A stretch of DNA of 63,974 nucleotides, the filler included, from Octopus bimaculoides (Eukaryota), in NCBI RefSeq assembly GCF_001194135.2. It is 6 parts of 6 records of this genome, joined end to end, with 100 filler letters (N's around TTAATTAATTAA, not from the genome) between each part and the next. Parts side by side here need not be neighbours in the genome. Positions count along the whole stretch, not along the records: positions 1 to 5,035 come from NC_069008.1; positions 5,136 to 37,107 come from NC_068984.1; 4 more parts are not named here. One strand, 5' to 3'. Under the pieces are notes generated by a model. It had not been told where the DNA came from. It did no database searches and saw nothing but the letters and a program-made list of their open reading frames with translations. A program made the position numbers and the translations under genes. Positions 1-11,527 of this stretch are shown here, piece by piece (position 1 is the stretch's first letter; each line of letters starts with the position of its first letter).

Positions 1-9
1 TATATATGC

Positions 10-188
10 CAATTAAATGTGGCGGTCCCATAGAGGACGATGTTACTGTTGTTTTTAGCTCCAGGAAGACATTTCCTCCAGCTGGTTAACGGCACAAAGA
101 CAGTGTCGCTAGCCAGCTGGAGGAGATGTCTTCCTGGGGTTAAAAACAACAGTAACATTGTTCTCTATGGGACTGCCACATTTAGTTG
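10..188. mobile_element. Palindromic (foldback/MITE-like) element, 86-bp stem with 7-nt loop
   Basis: Base-by-base pairing of 10-95 with 103-188 without indels: 76 Watson-Crick pairs, 9 G:T, 1 A:C; set in TA-rich flanks. Confidence 0.8.
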
Positions 189-267
189 TCAGATATATAT
201 TACGATTTTGTACTGTTACTGCTTAACTCTCGCTCAGACATTTAATGTAGCCTCTATATATAGCCCT

Positions 268-375
268 TATAGATAGATAGATAGATAGATTGATAGGTAA
301 GCAGACAGATCGATCGAGAGATAGATAGGTAAACAGACAGACAAATAGATAGATAGATAGATAGATAGATAGATC
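268..375. repeat. (AGAT)n/(AGAC)n tetranucleotide microsatellite
   Basis: Direct reading. Confidence 0.95.
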
Positions 376-1719
376 GGCGTTTATCCTGACCAAATTCTTT
401 CAAAAATCTTTTACCAAAAACGTTATATAGTTTATCGTTTAGCGTCGTTCATTGTTTTTATATACCTCTAACCAAAAGATGAGCGAAATCCAAAAAAAAA
501 ACAACAAATATATATAAAAAAAAAATGAAAAGATAAAAAGGAAAGAAAAATAAATAAATAAATAAATTTAGAAATGAACAAAAGAATATATAAATATTTA
601 AAAATCTGAATAAAAAATAAACGTTTGCTTTCTTCTTCTGAATCATTCCGAGTCGAGTTCCAGAAAGATCTTCATTCTTCTCAAAATGGCAATTACCGGC
701 TGGTAGGATCTACGTGGAGCTTGGGTGAGTGAGTGCGCGCGCGCGTTTATGTGTGTATGAGTGTGTATGTATGTATGTATGTATGTGTGTGTGTGCGTGT
801 GTGTTTGTTTATCGGTGTGTATGTTGTTTGTTCTTCGTTTTTGTTTGTTTGTTTTTGTGCTTTTGGGATAATTTCTGCTGTTTTTTTTTTTTGCTTTTGT
901 AAATTTGTGGTTAGTGTTTTTTTGTTTGTGATCGACACACAGACAGACGTACAGACGTATATAGATGTAGACATATAGCTAAACGTGTATATAAGTATAT
1001 ATACTCACACAGGCACACACACGCAAACACACGTACGTACACACAATTATATATATGTTTATATATATATATATATATATNNNNNNNNNNNNNNNNNNNN
1101 NNNNNNNNNNNNNNNNNNNNNNNNNNNNNNNNNNNNNNNNNNNNNNNNNNNNNNNNNNNNNNNNNNNNNNNNNNNNNNNNNNNNNNNNNNNNNNNNNNNN
1201 NNNNNNNNNNNNNNNNNNNNNNNNNNNNNNNNNNNNNNNNNNNNNNNNNNNNNNNNNNNNNNNNNNNNNNNNNNNNNNNNNNNNNNNNNNNNNNNNNNNN
1301 NNNNNNNNNNNNNNNNNNNNNNNNNNNNNNNNNNNNNNNNNNNNNNNNNNNNNNNNNNNNNNNNNNNNNNNNNNNNNNNNNNNNNNNNNNNNNNNNNNNN
1401 NNNNNNNNNNNNNNNNNNNNNNNNNNNNNNNNNNNNNNNNNNNNNNNNNNNNNNNNNNNNNNNNNNNNNNNNNNNNNNNNNNNNNNNNNNNNNNNNNNNN
1501 NNNNNNNNNNNNNNNNNNNNNNNNNNNNNNNNNNNNNNNNNNNNNNNNNNNNNNNNNNNNNNNNNNNNNNNNNNNNNNNNNNNNNNNNNNNNNNNNNNNN
1601 NNNNNNNNNNNNNNNNNNNNNNNNNNNNNNNNNNNNNNNNNNNNNNNNNNNNNNNNNNNNNNNNNNNNNNNNNNNNNNNNNNNNNNNNNNNNNNNACAAG
1701 TTAGAAGTTCATATTGGTG

Positions 1720-2190
1720 CCATATATTTGGATTTGTACATAGTCGTTCTAGAGAATGTTTAAGAAACCATAAGAAAATTGTGTTTCTTTTAAAATTTGA
1801 GATTACATAGACAGTATTTTATGGGCAGTTCCCATGAGCACTATCTTCAGAATTTCTGCTATTTTGGGGTTTCCTGGTATCCGAGCTAGGTAGCAATCAG
1901 CCCCTTTTGCTATCATTCCTAGCGCACCTGTGACAACAGGTATTGTTTTAATCTTCAGGTTCCACATTTTGCTAATTTCTATTTCAAGATCTTTATATTT
2001 GCTCAGTTTTTGGTAGGTCTTGACAGATACGTTTATATCGATTGGGACAGTCATATCAATGAGGAGGCATGATTTTTGTCTGAAGTCTTTCAATATAATG
2101 TCTGGCCTATTTGCATCTATCTTTCTGTCAGTTTGAATGGTTAAGTTCCAGTGGAGTGAGATGTGATCATTCTCAAGAACTGGAGGTGGT
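1720..2190 (-). mobile_element. 3' fragment of an R4/Dong-like non-LTR retrotransposon (restriction-like endonuclease domain)
   Basis: Minus strand reads PPPVLENDHISLHWNLTIQTDRKIDANRPDIILKDFRQKSCLLIDMTVP...KLSKYKDLEIEI...IPVVTGALG, the RPD..D..K-Y-L and GALG motifs of RLE-type LINEs; abuts an (ATT)n run. Confidence 0.85.
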
Positions 2191-2199
2191 TAGTGTTCC

Positions 2200-2380
2200 C
2201 AATTATTATTATTATTATTATTATTGTTCAGTAGTTTTATTTTTATAACGTGCTTTCACTTCACTACCGAGCGCAGCCTTGGGTATGTGCTGTGGTTTGC
2301 TGTGATGCTCTTATGGTTACTGCATTGAAAGTGTTTTGCGTAGGATGTGTGCAGTGCCCAGGAGTGCAATTTTCTGTACT
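2200..2380 (-). mobile_element. 3' terminus of an R4/Dong-like LINE with (TAA)n tail
   Basis: Reverse complement encodes VQKIALLGTAHILRKTLSMQ* followed by a 3' UTR ending in ...AAAACTACTGAACAATAATAAT; (TAA)n on both sides. Confidence 0.85.
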
Positions 2381-2407
2381 ATTATTATTATTATTATTAT
2401 TATTATT

Positions 2408-2620
2408 AAGGTGTTAAACTGGCACGCTGGACGAAATGCTTGGCGGTATTTCGCCCGTCACTACGTACTGAGTTCGAATTCCGCCGAGGTCGTCTTTGCC
2501 TTTCATCCTTTCAGGGTCAATAAATCAATTACCAGTGAAACACTGGGGTCGATGTAATTGACTAGTCTCCCACCACCCCACAAAATTTCAGGCCTTGTGC
2601 CTATAGCAGAAAGGATTATT
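2408..2620 (+). mobile_element. tRNA-derived SINE, family B
   Basis: B-box-like GAGTTCGAATTCC, body ...GGGGTCGATGTAATTGACT...GCCTTGTGCCTATAGCAGAAAGGATTATT; over ten copies in the window. Confidence 0.85.
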
Positions 2621-2870
2621 AAGGTGGCGAATTGGAAATTAACAAACGGGGCACAATCGTCAGCGCGTCGGACAAAATGCTTACGTCCATCTTTATGTGC
2701 TGAGTTCGCTTTGTGCCTATAACAGAAATGGTTGTCCGTCTTTACGTTCTGAGTTCAAATTCCGCCTAGGGTCCCCTCTGCATTTCATTTCCTTCGGGGT
2801 CAATAACCGACCGGTCCCCTCCCCCAAACGTACAGGCCTTGTGCCTTTAGTGGAAACGATTGTTATTATT
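2621..2870 (+). mobile_element. tRNA-derived SINE, family B (tandem with the previous copy)
   Basis: GAGTTCAAATTCCGCC...GGCCTTGTGCCTTTAGTGGAAAC matches the other copies. Confidence 0.8.
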
Positions 2871-3266
2871 ATGGCTGTTGTTACTGCGGTTGTTATGTAA
2901 TTTCCACAATTAATCACGTCTGTATTTTTACTCATTTCCAGTTGTTGTTGTTGTTGTTGTTGTTGGTATCGATGGTGGTTGTGGTAGCGGCTATGGGGAT
3001 GGTGGTAACGGCGGTGGTTCTGTTGCTGCTGCTGCCGTTTCAGCTCTTGTTTAGGTTAGCTAATTTTCTTGGCGCGGAAATATATTTGTTACAGCTCTGA
3101 GTTAATTAATTTTCTGCGCGTTGGTACATACATACATATATACATATAGAGACACATAGACATACAAACATACATACATCGATGTGTGTATGTTTGTGAT
3201 TCTGTGAGATATATATATATATATATACATAGACACAGACAAATATATATATATATGTATATATAC

Positions 3267-3301
<35 letters not shown>

Positions 3302-3438
3302 TGTATATAGATGTATACATATATGAATATATATATACACACACACACACACATACATACATAGTTATATACACAGGTACAGATCACGTTATATAATATT
3401 TCAAATACCATTTCTCACCAATATACACCGCAGTGTCA

Positions 3439-3482
<44 letters not shown>

Positions 3483-4318
3483 GTGTGTGTGTGTTTATTT
3501 ATTCATGTATATACTTATTTATACATGTATGATTATATATGCATATATTCATACAGAGATAAATGCGTATATCTAAATATATATACATATAAATATANNN
3601 NNNNNNNNNNNNNNNNNNNNNNNNNNNNNNNNNNNNNNNNNNNNNNNNNNNNNNNNNNNNNNNNNNNNNNNNNNNNNNNNNNNNNNNNNNNNNNNNNNNN
3701 NNNNNNNNNNNNNNNNNNNNNNNNNNNNNNNNNNNNNNNNNNNNNNNNNNNNNNNNNNNNNNNNNNNNNNNNNNNNNNNNNNNNNNNNNNNNNNNNNNNN
3801 NNNNNNNNNNNNNNNNNNNNNNNNNNNNNNNNNNNNNNNNNNNNNNNNNNNNNNNNNNNNNNNNNNNNNNNNNNNNNNNNNNNNNNNNNNNNNNNNNNNN
3901 NNNNNNNNNNNNNNNNNNNNNNNNNNNNNNNNNNNNNNNNNNNTATAGTTATGTATTTATGTACATCTGTGTGTGTGTGTGTTTAATTATTTAGCATATT
4001 CCATCCAAACATGCTTTTTCTGTATTCGTATTTTGAAGTTGTTGATATGTTTGTCTGTCCGTGTGTCTCGAATTTCGCATATTTGTCTGTCTCTCTCTGT
4101 CTGTTCGTCTATCCAACGTTCTATCTGCTTTCATGTGCATATATCGCCTCCCTCACTCTCACACATTCCACCTATTCCACCACCACCTCCTCCTTCTCAC
4201 CTTCTTCCCTCTCCTCCTTCTTCGTCTTCTTTCTCCTCCTCCTCCTTTATTGACATTTACCTTTGTTTATTCATACATATCCAGACCCTTTCAATAGCCC
4301 TCTCGTACTCACTTCCTG

Positions 4319-4344
<26 letters not shown>

Positions 4345-4363
<19 letters not shown>

Positions 4364-4562
4364 TTGTCCCCTACCGTCGCTTGACATCCGATGGTGGTGT
4401 TTTTGTCTCTGTAACCTAGCAGTTCGGCATAAGGACCGATAGAATACGAACTAGGCTTACAAAGCATATGCCCTGGGGTCGATTTCTTTAAGTAAAAAAA
4501 AAACCTTATAAAGCGGTGCTCCAGCATGGCCACAGTTGAATGTCTGAAGCAAGCAAAAGATC
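4345..4562 (+). mobile_element. SINE family A, 3' half
   Basis: CGCTTGACATCCGATGGTGGTG...GCGGTGCTCCAGCATGGCCACAG matches the tails at 6770-6975 and 16390-16590. Confidence 0.85.
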
Positions 4563-4569
4563 AAACTAA

Positions 4570-5035
4570 TAGAGGAATAAAAAATATATAAGCGGCCAGC
4601 TGTTAGGAATGTGCTCGCAGAACTTTTCTGACAGCCGTGACTGGGTCCTCCTGCTTTTGTAGCATGGTGTAGGGTTCTGTTGCCAGACATAAGGTCTTCC
4701 AGCTGCCACCCTTTTCACTACCTCCTCCTGGTACTTGAGGTAGGCGCCTGTGTTAATTTTGAGGCCGTGTGAGAAGATAAATGGAGGCATAACGTCGCCA
4801 TCACGAGTGATCACTCCAAACACCATGGTGTTGACTGGATGTTTGACTTTTTAAAAATCATTTTCGGTACGTGTCCTCAGATTGTACTATCCTCAGATTC
4901 ACACCCACACGCACTGAAATGTTCGTATTTGGAGCTTCCGGCGCGAATGCCAAACAGCACAGCATGTCGTTTCCAAATCTCTGGCAGAGTGAACTGTGTC
5001 ACGGTGCTGTTTTTCTCACAGACAGTGCCCAACTG
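4570..5035 (-). mobile_element. Internally deleted Tc1/mariner-superfamily (maT/DD37D-like) transposase remnant
   Basis: Minus strand: N-terminal TQFTLPEIWKRHAVLFGIRAGS joined to KHPVNTMVFGVITRDGDVMPPFIF...AAGRPYVWQQNPTPCYKSRRTQ (equivalent of the second catalytic QQD.AP.H motif). Confidence 0.8.
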
Positions 5036-5135
5036 NNNNNNNNNNNNNNNNNNNNNNNNNNNNNNNNNNNNNNNNNNNNTTAATTAATTAANNNNNNNNN
5101 NNNNNNNNNNNNNNNNNNNNNNNNNNNNNNNNNNN
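5036..5135. other. Artificial scaffold join (44 N + TTAATTAATTAA + 44 N)
   Basis: Identical 100-bp geometry at five places; the 12-mer puts stop codons in all six frames. Confidence 0.95.
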
Positions 5136-5186
<51 letters not shown>

Positions 5187-5192
5187 CATATT

Positions 5193-5352
5193 ATACGACG
5201 GGCTTCTTTCAGTTTCCGTCTACCAAATCCACTCACAAGGCTTTGGTCGCCCCAAGGCTATAGTAGAAGACACTTGCTCAAGATGCCACGCAGTGGGACT
5301 GAACCCGGAACCATGTGGTTGGTAAGCAAGCTACTTACCACACAGCCACTCT
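5193..5352 (-). mobile_element. SINE family A, tRNA-like head
   Basis: Reverse complement GAGTGGCTGTGTGGTAAGTAGCTTGCTTACCAACCACATGGTTCCGGGTTCAGTCCCACTGCGTGGCA (A/B-box-like). Confidence 0.9.
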
Positions 5353-5369
5353 TGAGCCTGTTGTTAATA

Positions 5370-5405
<36 letters not shown>

Positions 5406-5649
5406 GCATTAAGTGAAAGGGATGAAGTCGAGAGAGGCAATTTATATAAAAATGCCTTGCTGTATCTAGTTACATCCCTTTATATCCTGAGTTCATATCC
5501 CGTCGATTAAATTAATTACCAGCCAAATACTGGGTCAATATAATCTACAGCCTTGTTCCTGCGTCAGAAACCATCATTAATATCATTATTAGCATTTTTT
5601 TCACCCTATACTATCGCTATCACCAACACTTACATAATCATCTGCACGC

Positions 5650-5765
<116 letters not shown>

Positions 5766-6450
5766 TCACCTCCATTTCTAATGTGTTTAGAAATAGACTT
5801 TTAAGGTATACACCAAACAAATTTATACCCTCGAACATAGAATTCATAGAAAAAAAAACTTTTCTCCAAGAAGAAATATAAAAAAAAAAATAGTAAAAAA
5901 ACGAAAAAAAAAAAAGTAGAACCGCAAAAGCAGCAACAGCATCATCTATTGTCAGTAGACCTTGAAATTAACTTAGTGTACTTTAAAATAGCTATTTTTC
6001 TAGTTTTTATTTTAAACTTTCTGACCTTTTTTTCATCTTGTATTTTTTATATTTATCCTTAATTTCTACAGCCCTGTTATACGATAGGAGAAAGTTATGA
6101 AAATGCCCTTTGACTTTACGTGTATAAACAAAAATATAAATAAATATTACGTATACCAGCGGAGGCATTGCCGTATGGTTAAGAAGTTCCTTTTTACAAT
6201 TACGTGGTGTCGCGTTCGATCTCACTGTGCGGCATGTGTCTGTTATGTTAGCCTTGGGTTGATTAATACACCCTGGGTATAATTTTGTTGACTGGGAATG
6301 ATATAAAGGTGCTGTCTTAGAACTGCGACAGCCTAATGACTGGGATAAATAAAAGTATATATGTATGCATGCATGTATGTATGAATGCATGTATGTATGT
6401 ATGTATGCATGCATACATAAATGCATGCATGTATGTATGTATGTATGTAT

Positions 6451-6975
6451 GTAGGAGTGTCTGTGTGGTAAGTAGCTTGCTTACCAACCATATGGTTCTG
6501 GGTTCTGTCCCACTGCGTGGCACCTTGGGCAAGTGTCTTCTACTATAGTCTCGGGCCGACCAAAGCCTTGCGAGTGGATTTGGTAGACGGAAACTGAAAG
6601 AAGCCCGTCGTATATATGTATATATATATNNNNNNNNNNNNNNNNNNNNNNNNNNNNNNNNNNNNNNNNNNNNNNNNNNNNNNNNNNNNNNNNNNNNNNN
6701 NNNNNNNNNNNNNNNNNNNNNNNNNNNNNNNTATATATATAATATATATATGCATGTGTGTGTATATGTTTGTGTGTCTGTGTTTGTCCCCCAACTTCGC
6801 TTGACAACCGATGCTGGTGTGTTTACGTCCCCGTAACCTAGCGGTTCGGCAAAAAGGAAGCGATAGAATAAGTATTAGGCTTACAAAGAATAAGTTCTGG
6901 GGTCGATTTGTTCGACTAAAGGCGGTGCCCCAGCATGGCCGCAGTCAAATGACTGAAAAAGAGTAAAAGAGTATG
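6451..6975 (+). mobile_element. Full-length SINE family A with internal (TA)n/(TG)n tract
   Basis: Head 6451-6612, microsatellite plus N gap, tail 6770-6975. Confidence 0.9.
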
Positions 6976-8001
6976 TATGCATGTACGTATATATGTACGT
7001 ACGTATGTAAAAAATAAAAACAAATATGAAACAAAAACAACAAAAGTCAAAAAGACGTAAACTGAGTATATTAGGTTGATGCTCAGCTTAAGATGAAAAA
7101 AAGGGCGGGGGTGATAAAAAGTAGCATGGCTCTTCGTTAGAAAGAAGGAAGAGGAAAGGTCCGGAGAGAAGGAAAAGATTAGTCTGAGAAAAGTACGCGT
7201 GTCGTTACATGGCCGAAGTGACCACATACATATGTATGCATGTGTGTGTGTGTGTGTGTGTGTGGGTGTATGTGTGTTTGTGTGTGTGTGGAGTGTACAC
7301 ACAGATATATNNNNNNNNNNTTATTTCCTAGTATTTCTAGCAAGTTGTGTGACGACAAAAATCCTGCCTCATTTGGACATCTTTGGTGTAGTCAGTTACA
7401 CGGTTGCCCAAGAAATACTTATTACGCTCAGATGGGCGCAAATCAAATGGATTGGATGACATTTTAAGCTAGAGACATCTATCATTACAACATTAATCCT
7501 GAAGAACAACAGATCATAATCATCTTGGGAAAGATACATTTCAGGAATTCTTAATTTACTATCTTTAGGATTACATGGGAATTTAAGCTCTGCTAACAAG
7601 AGACTCGTTAACCATGAAGAACATCTCGCTATTTACTAGCGTAAATATTATGATCGTAATAATTTATTACACTAATCTGTAACAATAGGTGATCACATTG
7701 TAATATGTACTATGTTTTCGCTAAATGTTTTAGATGTTCATGTAATTACAGACACTCTCTCGAACCTCCGACAATGTGGAATGGAATATTCATGATATAA
7801 AGGCTAGAGGGAGAGAAAGCTGCTGCATCAACACAGAGCTGATATTTTATTCATCGACTCGGAGGATATGGAAGTCCAAATTTTCCTCGGTGGTATTTCA
7901 ACCCACAATGCAGAGAACTGACATATTGCAGCCCATTCGATTTGATGCTCTAACAATTCTGTTGACCAACTGTATTAGCTTCTATTTACTGCTATCTCTA
8001 A

Positions 8002-8214
8002 AGTAGCGAGTTGGTAGAATCGTTAGAACGCCGGACAAAATGCTTTGCGGAATTTCGTCAGTTTTTACGTTTTGGATTCAAATTCCAACGAAGTCGACTT
8101 TGCTTTTCATCCTTCGAGGTCGATGAAATAAGTACCAGTTGCGCATTGGGGTCGATGTAATCGGCTGGTCACCTCCCCTCAAATTTCAGGCCTTGTGCTT
8201 CAGTAGAAAGAATT
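8002..8214 (+). mobile_element. tRNA-derived SINE, family B
   Basis: AGCGAGTTGGTAGAATCGTTAGAACGCCGG...GATTCAAATTCC...GCCTTGTGCTTCAGTAGAAAG. Confidence 0.85.
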
Positions 8215-9159
8215 TTCTGCTATTTGTACTAGGCCATTGAAAGGCGTGTGGTTGCTAGTGATGTATCTGCGTATAACGGTGTCATAAGGAAACGTCAATG
8301 AGTCAAGTAGGTCAGCTAAATGCAATAATGTCACTACAGTAAGTTGTAATGTTTTCCAATTAATGTTTCGTTCATTTCCAGCCAGCCTCCTGCTATTGGA
8401 GACCTGCAAAGATCATCGGCTGGACATTATATTTTCCTTCATCCCACAAAAAAAATTACATTAAAATCTTCGCGCAGATTTTACTTTGAGAGCAATACTG
8501 ACCAAGTAGCTGACATGATTAGACACAAATTATAGATAGTTAATATCTTCAATAGAACTCCTAAAAGCCAATTGGTTACGAGGTATCTTTAATCTAAAAC
8601 ACGGTCATTTTCAGCAAGTCGAGCGACCACGTAGGTGCTCTTTCTTTAGCTAGGCGTGTTTTATGAAATTTTAAGAACTCAATAACTACAAAAAATGAAA
8701 AGTAATTAATTGAATTTCAACATCGATACGAATCTGAACTGTTACAGCTGAAAATGAAAGATTACCATAACATTTCATATAAGAGATGAAAGAAAAAGAA
8801 GAAAAAAATATCCATTAAGTAATGAAGAAATAATTGATCGTTCTGGATAACAATTCATTTTCCTTAAGTTACGTACTAAATGACGAAACCCATAAGTTAA
8901 AATAATGTTTGATTTTAAAAATAGCTAATTTTTTTTCAAATCATACTTTAACGTCTTGAATTAGCACACTTGGGTATTCAAAAATACAAGGTGGTCAGGA
9001 TTGGAACGACTTTTATCAGATCATTTCAATCAAGTCTGACCTGATAACAGCAACGAATATTGACCTCGTATATTATATGAGAAAAAAATGGCAAACCAGT
9101 TTATTGACGCCTTTTACACGTTGAAGTTTCCAAATCGAATAAATAAACCCTACGAGGGA

Positions 9160-9350
9160 TGCTCTATGTCGTCGCTCTAACTGCAAGAAATAACAACTAA
9201 ATTTCTTTCAGATGTTACCTTGCCGGCTTAGAAAAGGATCACATTGTATAACTTGATCCTAAGTTCTCTGTACTTAGGAAAAACACAAGACAGCCACACT
9301 TGGAATCAATTTGATCAGAGGACAGTTCGTTTTTGGGCTAAACAACAGCA
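9160..9350 (+). repeat. Old dispersed repeat (related copies near 12020-12200, 21340-21520, 23175-23350, 56265-56420)
   Basis: Loose shared motifs (CTAG(A)AATAGC...CAAAT..., TGATCA...) seen by eye; family not identified. Confidence 0.4.
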
Positions 9351-9475
9351 ATTCAAATAGGCATAAAATCACTGAAGGTAAAAGCTGCTACTTCTAACAT
9401 TTCAGCATTACAATGTTTAACATAGAAAAAATTGATGCTAATAAAAGTAAAGACTGGATGTCTTCAGTGACTTAC

Positions 9476-9651
9476 CTGCCGTTCTGTAAGATCAAGAGCA
9501 ACAGCAATCTCGTAACGCCGAAGTCTGGTGAGGTAATTGTGAATTGCGAATTCTTTTTCCAATTCCCGTATTTGATGTTTTGTAAATGCAGTCCTTTCTT
9601 TTCTGGGCTTAGTTGTTAAATCAAGTTTATACGATGACGAGTTATGAGAAT
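9476..9651 (-). CDS. Meox: Mox/Meox (mesenchyme homeobox) internal exon encoding most of the homeodomain, up to the start of helix 3
   Basis: 176-bp exon: acceptor TTTTTTGTGTTGCAG| (phase 1), donor CGGCAG|GTAAGT (phase 0); translates (D)[69 protein letters not shown] and [14 protein letters not shown] are Meox-diagnostic; the intron before VKVWFQNRR is at the position I recall for vertebrate MEOX. Confidence 0.96.
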
Positions 9652-9975
9652 CTGCAACACAAAAAATGCAATAACGTTTGTATTTCGAGAAATTTGATCC
9701 GGTGTAAATTTAATATTGTTATATAGCAAAACATAAGAGTAAAAACAAGCACAGAGTTAGAAATACGTAGAATTTAGTTTTACCATTTCCGCTTTGAAAT
9801 GTATGTATGCTTGTATGTATGTATGTATGTATGTATGTATGTATGTATGTATGTATGTATGTGGGTTTCTGCCTGTCTTTCTGTCAGTCAATAAAAATAT
9901 AATGAAACATTAGGTGAATTCCAACATGAACATAACATCAAATATATCTATGAAATATGTATATCATATATCGCA

Positions 9976-10007
<32 letters not shown>

Positions 10008-11527
10008 NNNNNNNNNNNNNNNNNNNNNNNNNNNNNNNNNNNNNNNNNNNNNNNNNNNNNNNNNNNNNNNNNNNNNNNNNNNNNNNNNNNNNNNNNNNNN
10101 NNNNNNNNNNNNNNNNNNNNNNNNNNNNNNNNNNNNNNNNNNNNNNNNNNNNNNNNNNNNNNNNNNNNNNNNNNNNNNNNNNNNNNNNNNNNNNNNNNNN
10201 NNNNNNNNNNNNNNNNNNNNNNNNNNNNNNNNNNNNNNNNNNNNNNNNNNNNNNNNNNNNNNNNNNNNNNNNNNNNNNNNNNNNNNNNNNNNNNNNNNNN
10301 NNNNNNNNNNNNNNNNNNNNNNNNNNNNNNNNNNNNNNNNNNNNNNNNNNNNNNNNNNNNNNNNNNNNNNNNNNNNNNNNNNNNNNNNNNNNNNNNNNNN
10401 NNNNNNNNNNNNNNNNNNNNNNNNNNNNNNNNNNNNNNNNNNNNNNNNNNNNNNNNNNNNNNNNNNNNNNNNNNNNNNNNNNNNNNNNNNNNNNNNNNNN
10501 NNNNNNNNNNNNNNNNNNNNNNNNNNNNNNNNNNNNNNNNNNNNNNNNNNNNNNNNNNNNNNNNNNNNNNNNNNNNNNNNNNNNNNNNNNNNNNNNNNNN
10601 NNNNNNNNNNNNNNNNNNNNNNNNNNNNNNNNNNNNNNNNNNNNNNNNNNNNNNNNNNNNNNNNNNNNNNNNNNNNNNNNNNNNNNNNNNNNNNNNNNNN
10701 NNNNNNNNNNNNNNNNNNNNNNNNNNNNNNNNNNNNNNNNNNNNNNNNNNNNNNNNNNNNNNNNNNNNNNNNNNNNNNNNNNNNNNNNNNNNNNNNNNNN
10801 NNNNNNNNNNNNNNNNNNNNNNNNNNNNNNNNNNNNNNNNNNNNNNNNNNNNNNNNNNNNNNNNNNNNNNNNNNNNNNNNNNNNNNNNNNNNNNNNNNNN
10901 NNNNNNNNNNNNNNNNNNNNNNNNNNNNNNNNNNNNNNNNNNNNNNNNNNNNNNNNNNNNNNNNNNNNNNNNNNNNNNNNNNNNNNNNNNAAAAAAAAAA
11001 AAATTTTAAGCCCACCCCAAAAACACTCAGTTTTTCAAAACGTGGGGAAAATATATCTAGTTTGTTATAGTGTGGTGAACATTTTAGCTTAAACGCACTT
11101 AAGGCAAGATGAGTTTGTTTTCACTCAAATCTCTGATTATAACTATTTTCTGTTCAGTTATGTTTTAGTGCCTTCATGGATGGCATATAACTCACTAGTT
11201 CTCAATTCCTTTATATAAAATTTTGCTTTAATTTTTTGCTTGAATTAATCAGAGGCGGTATAATAGCTCCCATGAGCATTTTTATGCCCCCCAAGGGTTT
11301 ACTTGAAGAGAGAAAACAGTTAGTTTTACACTGCGGGTGTCTTCCTCAGATCTGGCCCAAATGTTTACAACACAGTGTACTCTGCTAAATGCAAGCAACG
11401 ACTAAATGGTTGTGTTAAATAGGATGACAGATTAATTCAACCAATATCAACATATATTCCCTTATTCCTACTCTCTGGTCATTCATTCTTTCTTTCTTAG
11501 TTTATACACTCTCTTATCTTAATACTT

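Noticed and set aside
664-724. Possible + strand exon TTCCAG|AAAGATC...CTTGG|GTGAGT
   Set aside because: Good donor, but the peptide (KDLHSSQNGNYRLVGSTWSL) is unrecognisable, the ATG is followed by a stop after 6 codons, and no partner exon was found.
2930-3050. Gln/His-rich minus-strand reading as a candidate Meox last exon
   Set aside because: No VKVWFQNRR motif or suitable acceptor; it is a (TTG)/(GGT) triplet tract.
5080-5091. TTAATTAATTAA as a biological motif (PacI-like or homeodomain sites, piggyBac TSD)
   Set aside because: Always centred in exactly 44+44 Ns; assembly linker.
7396-8409. Short minus-strand ORFs 7396-7599 and 8200-8409
   Set aside because: No recognisable domain and no coherent splice boundaries.
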